From positions 1 to 33,639 of the forward strand of contig CAVYAN010000078.1 of assembly GCA_963766075.1 (NCBI GenBank): a stretch of 33,639 nt of DNA, given 5' to 3'. The stretch is from an uncultured cyanobacterium. GTDB taxonomy: Bacteria > Cyanobacteriota > Cyanobacteriia > Leptolyngbyales > Leptolyngbyaceae. Made by a program: the position numbers and the translations under genes. Positions within the stretch are counted from its first letter, which is position 1; every line of letters begins with the position of its first letter. Under the pieces are notes generated by a model that was given only the letters and a program-made list of their open reading frames with translations, did no database searches and was not told the DNA's origin. This document shows, in pieces, positions 18,450 through 27,659 of the stretch.

Positions 18450-19295
18450 GGTGCGATTGCCGTACACGAGAACCCGATTTTGAAGTTGCGATCGCACGGC
18501 CCTTGCCAATACTACCCGCTCTAAATCTTTTCCCTTCCGAATCAAATCATCGACGTCATCCCGATGACTCACGCGCACCACATCCTGTTCGATAATCGGT
18601 CCTTCATCTAAATCTGCAGTGACATAGTGGGCGGTTGCGCCAATGATTTTGACGCCACGTTCGTAGGCACGCTGATAGGGATTGGCTCCGGCAAAGGCGG
18701 GTAGGAAAGAATGGTGAATATTAATCACCTTGGGAAATTGCTTAATGAAGTCAGCGCTGAGGACTTGCATGTATTTGGCTAGGATGACTAAATCGATGCT
18801 CTGTTGCTGTAGGATCGCAAGCTGTTTGGCTTCCTGCTGTGCTTTGGTCTCTTTGGTGATGGGAATGTGATGATAGGGAATGCCAAATTGATCGGCAACG
18901 CTGCGGAGGGTGTCATGGTTGCTGATTACGCAGGCAATTTCGGCGTGGAATTCTCCGGATCGCTGCCGCCACAGCAGGTCATTCAGGCAGTGATCCTGTT
19001 TGCTAACCCAAATGGCAATTTTGGGTACAGGATCTGAAAAATGCAGTTGCCATTGGGCCTTTAAGGGTTGGGCGATCGCGGCAAACGCTGGCCCAATCAA
19101 CTCTCGAGGTAAATTAAAATCCGCGAGCTGCCACTCAATGCGTGTGATAAACAAGCCTGCCGTAAAGTCTGTATGTTGGTCGGCGTGGATAATGTTGCCG
19201 CCATTTGAGTAAATAAAATTTGCAATTTTGGCAACCAAGCCGCGTTGATCTGGGCAAGAAATCAGTAGCGTGGCGGTGGGAGAAGGTATAGACAT
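18435..19295 (-). CDS. purU: Formyltetrahydrofolate deformylase
   Basis: N-terminal ACT domain (CPDQRGLVA), LAKYMQVLS, INIHHSFLPAF and DLDEGPIIEQ motifs. Confidence 0.96.
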   Translation of the reverse strand: MSIPSPTATLLISCPDQRGLVAKIANFIYSNGGNIIHADQHTDFTAGLFITRIEWQLADFNLPRELIGPAFAAIAQPLKAQWQLHFSDPVPKIAIWVSKQDHCLNDLLWRQRSGEFHAEIACVISNHDTLRSVADQFGIPYHHIPITKETKAQQEAKQLAILQQQSIDLVILAKYMQVLSADFIKQFPKVINIHHSFLPAFAGANPYQRAYERGVKIIGATAHYVTADLDEGPIIEQDVVRVSHRDDVDDLIRKGKDLERVVLARAVRSQLQNRVLVYGNRTVVFG

Positions 19296-19661
19296 GGCGC
19301 AGCAAGAGATGAGGCAGTGATGTTTAGACGGCAGACGGCCAGCTTGGATCGTTCTAGTTACGCCACACCTTGTTTCAACCGTTGAAACACATAAGTTATA
19401 GCTTTAATTAAGCGGCTCAAGTGCTAAATGCTGTAGTAAGTCATATTGCGGAGCAATTGGTTGCCTTCAAGCTTACCAAACTGCCAGGTTGCACCGTGCA
19501 AGCCAAAGCCAAGGCCCAGAATCGGGGAGTTTTAGACTAATCGATAGGCGGCGGCATTCCTACCAAACACTGGAATTGGCCCAAATTGCTTCTTGGCCCA
19601 AATTGCTTCAAAGTTGTGTTGCTTGGCTTCTACAGCAGCAGGCAAGGTCATTTGCTTCAGC

Positions 19662-20055
19662 TTATTTGAGGAGTAACTGCTGAAACAGTCCAGGCTGCTG
19701 GTGCGCCAGCGGCTCTTGAAACGCGCCCAGCTTCAGGTGAATTTCGCTCCCTCTCGCCTAGAACGCTGCGATCAGGAATTGGTAGGATTGCCGACTCCGG
19801 CCATTCCCATCCTGAGAACGCAAATTTTCCAGTACCTCACTCCGGCGACCCTCATCGAGATTGAACAGACAACACCGACGGCACCTTAAACCTCTTTGGC
19901 GGTGCCCATGGAGTTCTCTCTTCAGGATCAGAGTCTGGATACGCCGATGAGGGCTAATCTACTGGGCTGATTGAGCGTCTGTCGATAAATCGGGTAACAG
20001 CACCAAACCCTTCCGTCAGCCCACCGAACCAGAATGGTTCTCGGGCGATCGCGAC
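19662..20055 (-). pseudogene. Possible heavily decayed TPR-repeat gene remnant
   Basis: Fragments in shifting frames (VAIARE..., QTLILKRELHGHRQ, CLFNLDEG, SEIHLKLGAFQEPLAHQQ) resemble cyanobacterial TPR repeats; internal stops are present. Confidence 0.25.
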
Positions 20056-20179
20056 TCAAAAAACCGGAACTCTGGCCGATACTTTATTATGGTGCAGCAG
20101 CACCTCTCCAAAGACTCTGTGAATAGCGCGGGTATCTTCTAATACTTCGGCTCGAATTTCCATAGGCTGGACATACCGT

Positions 20180-20584
20180 TTACGAACAGCTCTGAAGAGC
20201 ATGTTCCTGGGACCAGCCGCAAATTTGGGCAATTTGGTGAACGAGGGTTGTGGCATCGAAGGGCTTGGCAATCACTCCCATAACCGCCAGTTCAGCTTGG
20301 ACCTGCCGATTAATCAAGTCAGGGCGACGGCTGAGGCAAACCACCGGAATTTGGCGAGTTGCGGGGCAGTTGCGTAATTGCTCCAGAATATCTAACCGCT
20401 CCATGAATCGGGGAAAAGGCTCGATTAAGATTAAGTCAGGGTGATAAATAATGGCTTGGGCCAGTCCTTTGGGGTCAGATCCAACACTCCAGACCTCCCA
20501 ACCCGCCAGTTCCCGCAAACAATCTGGCAAGAGTTCCCGCATGGAAGACTCATCGTCGATAATCAGGACGCGCTTGGACTTCAT
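20180..20584 (-). CDS. Stand-alone CheY-like receiver protein with Glu at the phospho-acceptor position
   Basis: RVLIIDDE, PDLILIEPFP, IPVVCLS and IAKPFD; start taken at MKSKRV. Confidence 0.85.
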   Translation of the reverse strand: MKSKRVLIIDDESSMRELLPDCLRELAGWEVWSVGSDPKGLAQAIIYHPDLILIEPFPRFMERLDILEQLRNCPATRQIPVVCLSRRPDLINRQVQAELAVMGVIAKPFDATTLVHQIAQICGWSQEHALQSCS

Positions 20585-20929
20585 AGGATGACCGTAACCC
20601 AAGGTAATAAACCTGATGCCGTAATACTCGCCGATTGATCGGTAAATCAACAAGCGGGCCAGCAACGCCTCTTAACCATGCCACAGTTATCTGGGTTTAA
20701 ACCTGAAGAGAATCTGCTATTAAATTCAAGGCCAACGACAGTAAAATCACGACCCACCCCGCCTCTGCCGATCCCTTGACCGATGAGCCTAGAGCCTACT
20801 CTTTCCACGGGTTTAGGGGGGCAGGCAGCAAGCATTCACGCACAAGGTTTACTCCACAAGGTTTAAACCTGCAAATTTCAGAACTGGCAAAAAATCTGGA
20901 GAGGGAAACTTGCGCGGAGGACAAACAAT

Positions 20930-20955
20930 AAAAAGCCCGGAGGGAACTCCGAGCT
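20930..20955 (-). terminator. Rho-independent terminator downstream of psb30
   Basis: Minus strand AGCUCGGAG-UUCC-CUCCGGGCU-UUUU; the U-G pair works only on this strand. Confidence 0.8.
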
Positions 20956-21087
20956 AATCGCTACTCTCTCATACTTCTAAAAATCTTGGCTTCTAAAACC
21001 CCTGGAAGCAACTCAGCGCCAGTCACAGGTGTTAGTTTAAGACAAATTCCACTGCTAACCGTAGGGAGGCATCAGATACTCTAGATT

Positions 21088-21219
21088 CTAGAGATCTCCA
21101 CCCCGGAAAGCCAACAAGAAAATGACCACCGGACCCGCAATCATAATTGCAGCAATCATGCCCAGTTGAATGATCGCGGTCCAGTTAATTCCACCAAAAA
21201 CATCAAAAATTGCGTCCAT
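21088..21219 (-). CDS. psb30: Photosystem II reaction centre protein Psb30 (Ycf12), 43 aa
   Basis: Manual translation MDAIFDVFGGINWTAIIQLGMIAAIMIAGPVVIFLLAFRGGDL*, with GGAGG RBS; below the ORF-track cutoff. Confidence 0.95.
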   Translation of the reverse strand: MDAIFDVFGGINWTAIIQLGMIAAIMIAGPVVIFLLAFRGGDL

Positions 21220-21454
21220 TCCGCCTCCGATCCGCGCAGGTATAAGGAAATATCGTAAAACCTGTTACTGAAATACATAGTACTGGGTTTGGTTGCGGTT
21301 TTAAGCAATGCAACAAAACTATACAAAACAGGTATCCGTTGCCCTGTAACCGATCGAGGCAGCAACGAGGAGCGCTCTAGCATTCCATTGGCGGGGTACG
21401 ATAAGCTCAAACAACGGATTTTAATCCACAGTCCTTTTCCCCTCGATTCACCCC

Positions 21455-21820
21455 ATGGCAACTTGGCAATGTGTGAAACAGTGCGGCGCATGCTGTCAAC
21501 TTGACCCCAGCGATCGCCCCGATCTAGCCGACTACCTCTCTCCCGAGAACTTGATGCTCTATCTGAGTCTCGTCGGTGAGGATGGCTGGTGTATTAACTT
21601 TGACTCTCTGAATCGCGAATGCCGAATTTATGAGAGCCGTCCCAGCTTTTGTCGTGTCACTGCGCCGACCTTTCAGGACATGTACGGCATTGATCCCGCC
21701 GATCTGAATGACTTTGCCATTGAATGCTGTGAGCAGCAAATCGAAGGTGTTTATGGCGATCGCAGCCTCGAACTTCTCAAATTCCAGCGCGCTGTCGGCA
21801 TCAGCGGTCTACAACTCTAG
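21455..21820 (+). CDS. YkgJ-family cysteine cluster protein
   Basis: WQCVKQCGACC, GWCINFD and CRIYESRPSFCRV motifs. Confidence 0.9.
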   Translation: MATWQCVKQCGACCQLDPSDRPDLADYLSPENLMLYLSLVGEDGWCINFDSLNRECRIYESRPSFCRVTAPTFQDMYGIDPADLNDFAIECCEQQIEGVYGDRSLELLKFQRAVGISGLQL

Positions 21821-21914
21821 CCTCAGCTCTTCTTTACCCAACCTTTCAGTGCCGGTTTACCCCTTGCCATTCCTGCTGCAGTTCTAGATAATGAAAGAAA
21901 TATGAAATCAGATT

Positions 21915-22361
21915 GTGAATCTGAAAACTGCTGTGGAATCCTATTCGTCGGCGATTAGCCATTCTGTCCTAGAGCCGCCCATGCCCTCAGCCAGTGGGCC
22001 GGGAGATGGGCTTAATGTTATTCCGGTAGACGTTGCGGCAGATGTTGATACTGCAGTAATGCCCGCCCCTAGACGGTTTGATAGCCCAGCCTGGAAAGTG
22101 TTTGGCACTACGTTTGTCACTATCTTCTTGGCGGAACTGGGCGACAAAACCCAGGTATCCACGCTGCTGATGAGTGCTGAATCCCATCAACCCTGGACTA
22201 TTTTTGCCGGGGCTGCTGCTGCCTTAATCAGCACGAGTTTGCTGGGGGTTCTGGTGGGCTGCTGGTTGGCTGCACGGATTGCGCCCCAGGTGCTGGATCG
22301 GGCCGCTGGCATTACGTTGGCTATTTTATCGGTGTGGCTATTTTGGGAGGTGTTGGGATGA
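21915..22361 (+). CDS. Half-size UPF0016/TMEM165/GDT1 protein (Hmx-like, Mn transport); start uncertain
   Basis: Single FLAELGDKTQ motif plus three hydrophobic segments. Confidence 0.88.
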   Translation: MNLKTAVESYSSAISHSVLEPPMPSASGPGDGLNVIPVDVAADVDTAVMPAPRRFDSPAWKVFGTTFVTIFLAELGDKTQVSTLLMSAESHQPWTIFAGAAAALISTSLLGVLVGCWLAARIAPQVLDRAAGITLAILSVWLFWEVLG

Positions 22362-22657
22362 ATTGGCATTTACTAGGAGTCAGCTTCGTGACGGTGTTTT
22401 TATCGGAACTGGGAGATAAAAGCCAAGTTGCCGCGATCGCCCTCACGGGTAATTGCAAAGCCCCCCAGGCGGTGTTTTTCGGCAGTGCGATCGCCCTAGT
22501 GGCCGCCAGCTTCTTAGGCGTGATCATTGGCGAAGGCACCTCCCACCTCCTGCCCGAAAAATGGGTGAAGTTGGCCGCGGCAATCGGGTTTGCCGTCATG
22601 GCGATCCGGCTGTTGATGCCCCAAACTGCCCCTGCCGAAGACCCCGGTGAGGTCTAG
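22358..22657 (+). CDS. Second half-size UPF0016/TMEM165/GDT1 protein (Hmx-like)
   Basis: FLSELGDKSQ motif; ATGA overlap with the previous gene. Confidence 0.88.
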   Translation: MNWHLLGVSFVTVFLSELGDKSQVAAIALTGNCKAPQAVFFGSAIALVAASFLGVIIGEGTSHLLPEKWVKLAAAIGFAVMAIRLLMPQTAPAEDPGEV

Positions 22658-22697
22658 AATAGAAGCAGTTTCACTCTCTTATACGCTGCGAATCGCT

Positions 22698-22958
22698 ATG
22701 GCTGCTAACGTTGAAATTTACACTTGGAGCACTTGCCCCTTCTGCATTCGGGCGCTTTCCTTGCTCAAGAAAAAGGGCGTAGAGTTTACGGAATATTGCC
22801 TGGACGGCGATGAGGCCGGTCGGGACAAAATGGCCAAGCGAGCCAGTGGTCGGCGCTCTGTGCCCCAAATCTTTATTAACAATCAGCACATCGGCGGCTG
22901 TGACGATATTCACGCCCTCGATCGCCAAGGCAAACTCGATCCACTGCTTGGGGTCTGA
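22698..22958 (+). CDS. grxC: Dithiol glutaredoxin 3
   Basis: CPFC, SVPQIFI and IGGCDD motifs. Confidence 0.93.
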   Translation: MAANVEIYTWSTCPFCIRALSLLKKKGVEFTEYCLDGDEAGRDKMAKRASGRRSVPQIFINNQHIGGCDDIHALDRQGKLDPLLGV

Positions 22959-23001
22959 ACCAACGCACTGCCACAGTTCTCCCTGATCCAGGACATTTAT
23001 C

Positions 23002-23967
23002 GTGAATTTTGCCTTTATTATCGATCCGATTGCCCGTCTGGATCCGACCCACGACAGCAGCGTTGCCCTGATGGAAGCCGCGCAACAGTTGGGGCACCAA
23101 GTTTGGATTACCCAAGTGAATCAGCTTGCTGTCGTCGGGGGCAAGGCGATCGCCCCTCTGACCGCTGTAACGGTGACGCCGGTGGAGTTAGTCGAGGGTC
23201 GCTGGGTGGCGGCCAATCCCTGGTTTCACCTGGGCGAAACCCAGTGGCAAGCCTTGGAAACGATGGACGCCGTCTTTATGCGCACCGATCCCCCGGTGAC
23301 GGTGCCCTACCTCTATGCCACTTATATTCTGGATGCCATTGATCCGGCCAAAACGTTGGTTTTGAATTCTCCCCAGGGGATTCGGGCCGCCAATGAAAAA
23401 ATGTATGCCCTGCAATTCACTGAGGCAATTCCGGAAACCATCGTCAGTCAGGATAAGCACGTCATCCGAGAATTTCTGGAGCGGCAAGGGCGGGCGGTGA
23501 TGAAGCCCCTAGGCGGCAAGGCGGGGGAGGGCATTTTGTTTTTGGAGGGGGGCGATCGCAACTTCAACTCCCTGGTGGAAATTAGCACTGATCAAGGGAA
23601 AGTGCCTGTGATGGTGCAAGCCTATTTGCCTGCGGCGAAGGATGGGGACAAGCGGATTATTCTTCTAAACGGGGAACCGATTGGGGCTGTGAATCGCATT
23701 CCTACGGGGCAGGACTTTCGGGGCAACATGGCCGTGGGGGGCCGAGCGGCCAAAACGGACATCAGCGATCGCGAATCCGAAATCTGCGCCCAACTGGCAC
23801 CGACTCTGCGACGAGACGGCCTGGTTTTTGTGGGCATTGACATCATCGGTGGCTATCTCACCGAAGTGAACGTCACCAGTCCCACCGGCATTCGGGAAAT
23901 CGATCGCTTTAACGATACGTGCCTTGGTCAGCAAGTTATTGAATGGATCAGGCAACAGCGCGGCTGA
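23002..23967 (+). CDS. gshB: Glutathione synthetase
   Basis: MRTDPP, ANEK, GDKRI, RGNMAVGG and TEVNVTSPTG motifs; follows grxC. Confidence 0.96.
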   Translation: MNFAFIIDPIARLDPTHDSSVALMEAAQQLGHQVWITQVNQLAVVGGKAIAPLTAVTVTPVELVEGRWVAANPWFHLGETQWQALETMDAVFMRTDPPVTVPYLYATYILDAIDPAKTLVLNSPQGIRAANEKMYALQFTEAIPETIVSQDKHVIREFLERQGRAVMKPLGGKAGEGILFLEGGDRNFNSLVEISTDQGKVPVMVQAYLPAAKDGDKRIILLNGEPIGAVNRIPTGQDFRGNMAVGGRAAKTDISDRESEICAQLAPTLRRDGLVFVGIDIIGGYLTEVNVTSPTGIREIDRFNDTCLGQQVIEWIRQQRG

Positions 23968-24099
23968 ACTGAATAAAATACGTTACAAGCTTTTCGGCGA
24001 GAGGTCACGAAGGGATATTAAAAGTCGAAGAAGCCTAACGTGAAAGCCTTTTCGGCGTTTTGCCTTTTTGATTTAGCCCTGTAATTTAGCCCTGCGGCC

Positions 24100-24798
24100 C
24101 TAAGCTTTTCCCAAAATCGGCCCCGCATGGCGCGCAATAATTCCTTGGCATTCAGCGACAGGGAGATTCTGTTCAAGAGCGGTGGTCAGTGCCGTGAAGA
24201 TTTCGGCATTCGTTTTGAGCAGATCCTTTGCCCGGAGAATTGCGAGCCGTTCTTTGAGTTGGGCCTCTTGGGGCGATAGGTTGAGTTGGGCCAGCACTGA
24301 ACGAAGTTTTTGGCGATCGTCCACGCCTCCCAGCACCGTTGGGTAGGCGATCGCCTCCGCCGCAATGCCCGCCATCCAAATCGTGCAGTACCGATCCAAC
24401 AGTTGCCCCGATAAAGTGCCTTGGGCCAGTTCCGCATCGAGCTCTTGGACATCGAAGCGCACTCCGCCGTAGCCGGGATGACCTTGACGCATGGCGGTCC
24501 ACGCCGTCAGGGCATAGCCCGTCACTGGAATATTCATCAATTCAGAGACTAAAAAATGTCCCGCTTCGTGGCGCACGACCCGTTGCCGATGCTCTGGAGA
24601 AAATCCCGCTAGCCAGTCCAGAACCAAATTGCCGCCCTGACCTTGAAAGCTAAAGGAGTCTAGGGTAGCGATCCCCAGCAGACCGAAGACCGCGATCGCC
24701 GGAATTGTCGGGGATATATGCACCAGCGGCCCCAGCAGGCTCACCATCGTCGTCAGAAAAATGGCGATCGCCACCACATTGAGGGAAAGCTGGCTCAT
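24100..24798 (-). CDS. Membrane Zn-protease-like protein with an FtsH/M41-like HExxH motif and no AAA domain
   Basis: Two N-terminal hydrophobic helices, RHEAGHFL and MAGIAAE. Confidence 0.8.
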   Translation of the reverse strand: MSQLSLNVVAIAIFLTTMVSLLGPLVHISPTIPAIAVFGLLGIATLDSFSFQGQGGNLVLDWLAGFSPEHRQRVVRHEAGHFLVSELMNIPVTGYALTAWTAMRQGHPGYGGVRFDVQELDAELAQGTLSGQLLDRYCTIWMAGIAAEAIAYPTVLGGVDDRQKLRSVLAQLNLSPQEAQLKERLAILRAKDLLKTNAEIFTALTTALEQNLPVAECQGIIARHAGPILGKA

Positions 24799-25574
24799 TT
24801 GTTGCGGGCTTTATAGAAGGTTTCTAAACTTTGGGAATCGCCGACGTAGCGCCAATGCCAGGGTTCGTAGTTAACCTTCTGGGGATTGTCTTTTGGGAAG
24901 GATAGTTCAAAAGCGTAGCGACTGGCATTGGCTGCCATCCACTGGTAGGCGGGGGTTTTTTCAAAGGCCACATCCAGATCCACTGCTGGGACGCTGCCAT
25001 CACCAATGTCTACCGCATAGCCCGTATGATGCTCGCTGTAGCCGGGGGGAGCACTGACCTTGGCCCGTTCTTTTGGGGTTTGGTTGCGCTCAGCTTTGAC
25101 GTCGAAATAGAGCTGCTGTTGGTCCGCTTTGCTACGAAATCCAGAAATTGGTACAAGGGTAATCCCCTCCCGTGCGGCGGCAGCGGTCATTTCCTTAAAG
25201 GCTTTCGCTGCTGCTTTCTGCATCTTGATCGCCCCATCGGGGGTGACGCTTTCTAGCTCCGAGAGCGGTGCTTCGGCATAGGGAAAATGGCCTAGCATTA
25301 ACCCGGAAGCCTCAGGGGTGGGGGTGGGGCTGCTGGCGGGGGATGGCACGGTGGCGGCAATGGGTGTTTGCTGTGCCCGTTGTAACTGTAGGGCGAAGAC
25401 GACCCCGCCCGCCATGGCGAGGAGTGCGGCCGCAATGGCCGACACCAGTAAAGCAATCCGATTTGTTGGGGGATTGGGGGCGATCGCCGGAGTTTCGCGA
25501 AAGGCGATGGGGATCTCGTCTGCCGCAGCAGGGGAATTCGCCGCTGCCGGATCTGGAATGCCAGCTTTGTCCAA
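24795..25574 (-). CDS. D-Ala-D-Ala carboxypeptidase, M15B/VanY family
   Basis: SGFRS, SAPPGYSEHHTGYAVD and YEPWHWRY motifs; N-terminal TM anchor. Confidence 0.92.
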   Translation of the reverse strand: MDKAGIPDPAAANSPAAADEIPIAFRETPAIAPNPPTNRIALLVSAIAAALLAMAGGVVFALQLQRAQQTPIAATVPSPASSPTPTPEASGLMLGHFPYAEAPLSELESVTPDGAIKMQKAAAKAFKEMTAAAAREGITLVPISGFRSKADQQQLYFDVKAERNQTPKERAKVSAPPGYSEHHTGYAVDIGDGSVPAVDLDVAFEKTPAYQWMAANASRYAFELSFPKDNPQKVNYEPWHWRYVGDSQSLETFYKARNK

Positions 25575-25721
25575 ACCTTTAACTCCTAAGCCGCCACATT
25601 ACATCACTTCGCATTCTAAACTGAGTCGGAGACAGCAGGGTAATCGATTTAGCCGAAATCCCGAATCAAAGCCCAGAAAGTAGGGCGTCGTACCAGCCAA
25701 AATTTTCCCTCGTTCCCCTCT

Positions 25722-26654
25722 ATGCTGCTTGCCCATCTTTTTCCCGTCTATGGCTATTTATTCACAGGAATCACCCTGGGGTGGCTGCTGGGCCGCTGGC
25801 TCCCCCGTCAGGCTCCGGAGTGGCTGGGGCAATTTTTATTTTGGCTAGGGGTGCCGATCAGCGTCGTGGGATTTCTGCGGGGGGGGCAATGGTCGGGGGC
25901 CGTTTGGGTAGCTCCGGCTATGGCCTGGGCCGCGATTGGGTTAGGAATTGCAGTGGCCCAAGGGGTAATCACCTGGGCTCCTCTTCTAGGGCTGTCCGGA
26001 TTAAAGCACGATCGCACGCGGGGCAGTTTTTTACTGACGGCAATGGTGGGGAATACGGGCTACATTGGCTTTCCGGTGGCCTTGGCGTTGGTAGGTCCTC
26101 AGTATTTTGTCTGGTCCCTATTTTATGACATGCTGGGTTCCCTGTTGGGTTCTTATGGGCTGGGGGTGTTGCTGGCGGCTCGGTTTGGCACGGTGCGGAG
26201 TCAGCGCTGGCAGCCCGCGAGGGCGATTTTAATCAATCCGACCCTGTGGGGCTTTGGGGTGGGGATGCTGGGGCGAGAGGTGCCTTTGCCCTCTGAGGTG
26301 GACGCGGGCCTAAAAGGGCTGGCATGGGCGATGATGGCCCTGTCGTTGGTGTTGGTGGGGATGCGACTGGGGCAAATCACTTCGCTGAAGGGCGTAAAGA
26401 TTGCGATCGCCGCTGTGACGATCAAAATGCTGATTGTGCCGCTTATTCTCGGCACGCTGCTGTGGTGCAGCGGCCTGACTGGAGTAGCTCACCGCGCCAT
26501 TCTGTTACAAATGTCGATGCCCCCGGCCTTTGCCACATTAGTCATTTCCGAAGCCTACGAACTAGATCCGCAGTTGGCCGTAACGGCGCTGGTCATCGGT
26601 TGCCTTGGCCTCATCATCGTCCTGCCGCTCTGGCTGACGGTATTTCCGGTCTAG
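25722..26654 (+). CDS. AEC (auxin efflux carrier-like) family transporter
   Basis: GNTGYIGFP and MPPAF motifs, with about 10 hydrophobic segments. Confidence 0.88.
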   Translation: MLLAHLFPVYGYLFTGITLGWLLGRWLPRQAPEWLGQFLFWLGVPISVVGFLRGGQWSGAVWVAPAMAWAAIGLGIAVAQGVITWAPLLGLSGLKHDRTRGSFLLTAMVGNTGYIGFPVALALVGPQYFVWSLFYDMLGSLLGSYGLGVLLAARFGTVRSQRWQPARAILINPTLWGFGVGMLGREVPLPSEVDAGLKGLAWAMMALSLVLVGMRLGQITSLKGVKIAIAAVTIKMLIVPLILGTLLWCSGLTGVAHRAILLQMSMPPAFATLVISEAYELDPQLAVTALVIGCLGLIIVLPLWLTVFPV

Positions 26655-26702
26655 CGCCTTTCCGGCGATGCCTGCCGTTCACGCCTGCCGAACTGCTATC
26701 CC

Positions 26703-27194
26703 CTAGCCGGCCCAACTCACATCATCATCCGTCGAGGGCAGAGAGGGTAGGGGTTTGGAAATGGGCAGATCGCGCCGGGTCAAAACCTGCTGCGTTGAGG
26801 GCGGCGGGGAAGGCCGCGATCTCGTCACCATTGAATCGGCATAGGAATGACTTTGGACTGGTTCTGGGTTGCCTTTCCGAGCCTGCTCTTGCGCTTCTTT
26901 CTGAGCTTGCACTTGCAGTTGCAGTTGTTCGAGCGCTTGTAGCCGCTGGGACTGTGCGGCACTTTGGCGCTCCGGTACCATCACCTTCTGCACAAAAAAT
27001 TCGACGGTTTGCTCCTTGACCCAGCCCCGTGCGGCCAGAACTTCGCCAAATCGCATGCCCGTTAGTCTTTGATCGTTTAATGCCACATCCACCTGTGCCA
27101 TTGTCAATAAGCCAGCTTCAATCAGATAGCTGCCTAGGGGTTGTTGTGCTGCATCAGCACAACACGTGGATGGAGCGTTGCTAGAATTACGCAT
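26703..27194 (-). CDS. Hypothetical protein with an N-terminal MshEN-like motif pair and a Q/P-rich tail
   Basis: PLGSYLIEAGLLTMAQVDVALNDQ-RLTGM-RFGEVLAARGWV. Confidence 0.7.
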   Translation of the reverse strand: MRNSSNAPSTCCADAAQQPLGSYLIEAGLLTMAQVDVALNDQRLTGMRFGEVLAARGWVKEQTVEFFVQKVMVPERQSAAQSQRLQALEQLQLQVQAQKEAQEQARKGNPEPVQSHSYADSMVTRSRPSPPPSTQQVLTRRDLPISKPLPSLPSTDDDVSWAG

Positions 27195-27524
27195 TGGCAG
27201 CCTCGTACAATATCAGGTTGGACAATCCAGGGATGGAAATGTCTGATCAATGAACGGGATGAACACACGAACTAACCGCACAGAGGTCTCAGATACCGAA
27301 TCAGCAGGAGTCAAGAATGTCTGAGCAGTCAAAGGGGGGTAACTCTTTGGCTTTCTCCATTCTTGCGGATAAATTCCTTGCAGATAAATCCTGATAGAAA
27401 TTCAGAAAACTAGATGCCTAGCGAAGGAATGCCGATGGGGCAGGATACATCCCCGCTCTAGCATTTTTCAGTAAACACACTCAATAATTCCAGATATTTT
27501 CCCAATATATCACTAGAAATACGG

Positions 27525-27547
27525 ATGACCCGGACTTGGCGGGTCAT
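27525..27547. terminator. Hairpin downstream of the PRTase gene
   Basis: ATGACCCG-N7-CGGGTCAT; weak U tract. Confidence 0.4.
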
Positions 27548-27659
27548 GGTGCGTAAAGATCCAATAAAGAATGGCGGATGGATGGTATTGGTCCTATGAA
27601 TTAATCTGCCCTATGAATTAATCCCATTCATTCCATTACCACGCGATCGCGCTGGATGG

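Noticed and set aside
21915..22657. UPF0016 gene broken by a frameshift
   Set aside because: Each half has its own ELGDK motif, and the ATGA overlap has a GGAGG RBS; this matches the known two-gene half-transporter arrangement.
9598..23967. gshA, grxC and gshB as one glutathione cluster
   Set aside because: gshA is about 12 kb from grxC-gshB with many unrelated genes between; only grxC-gshB are linked.
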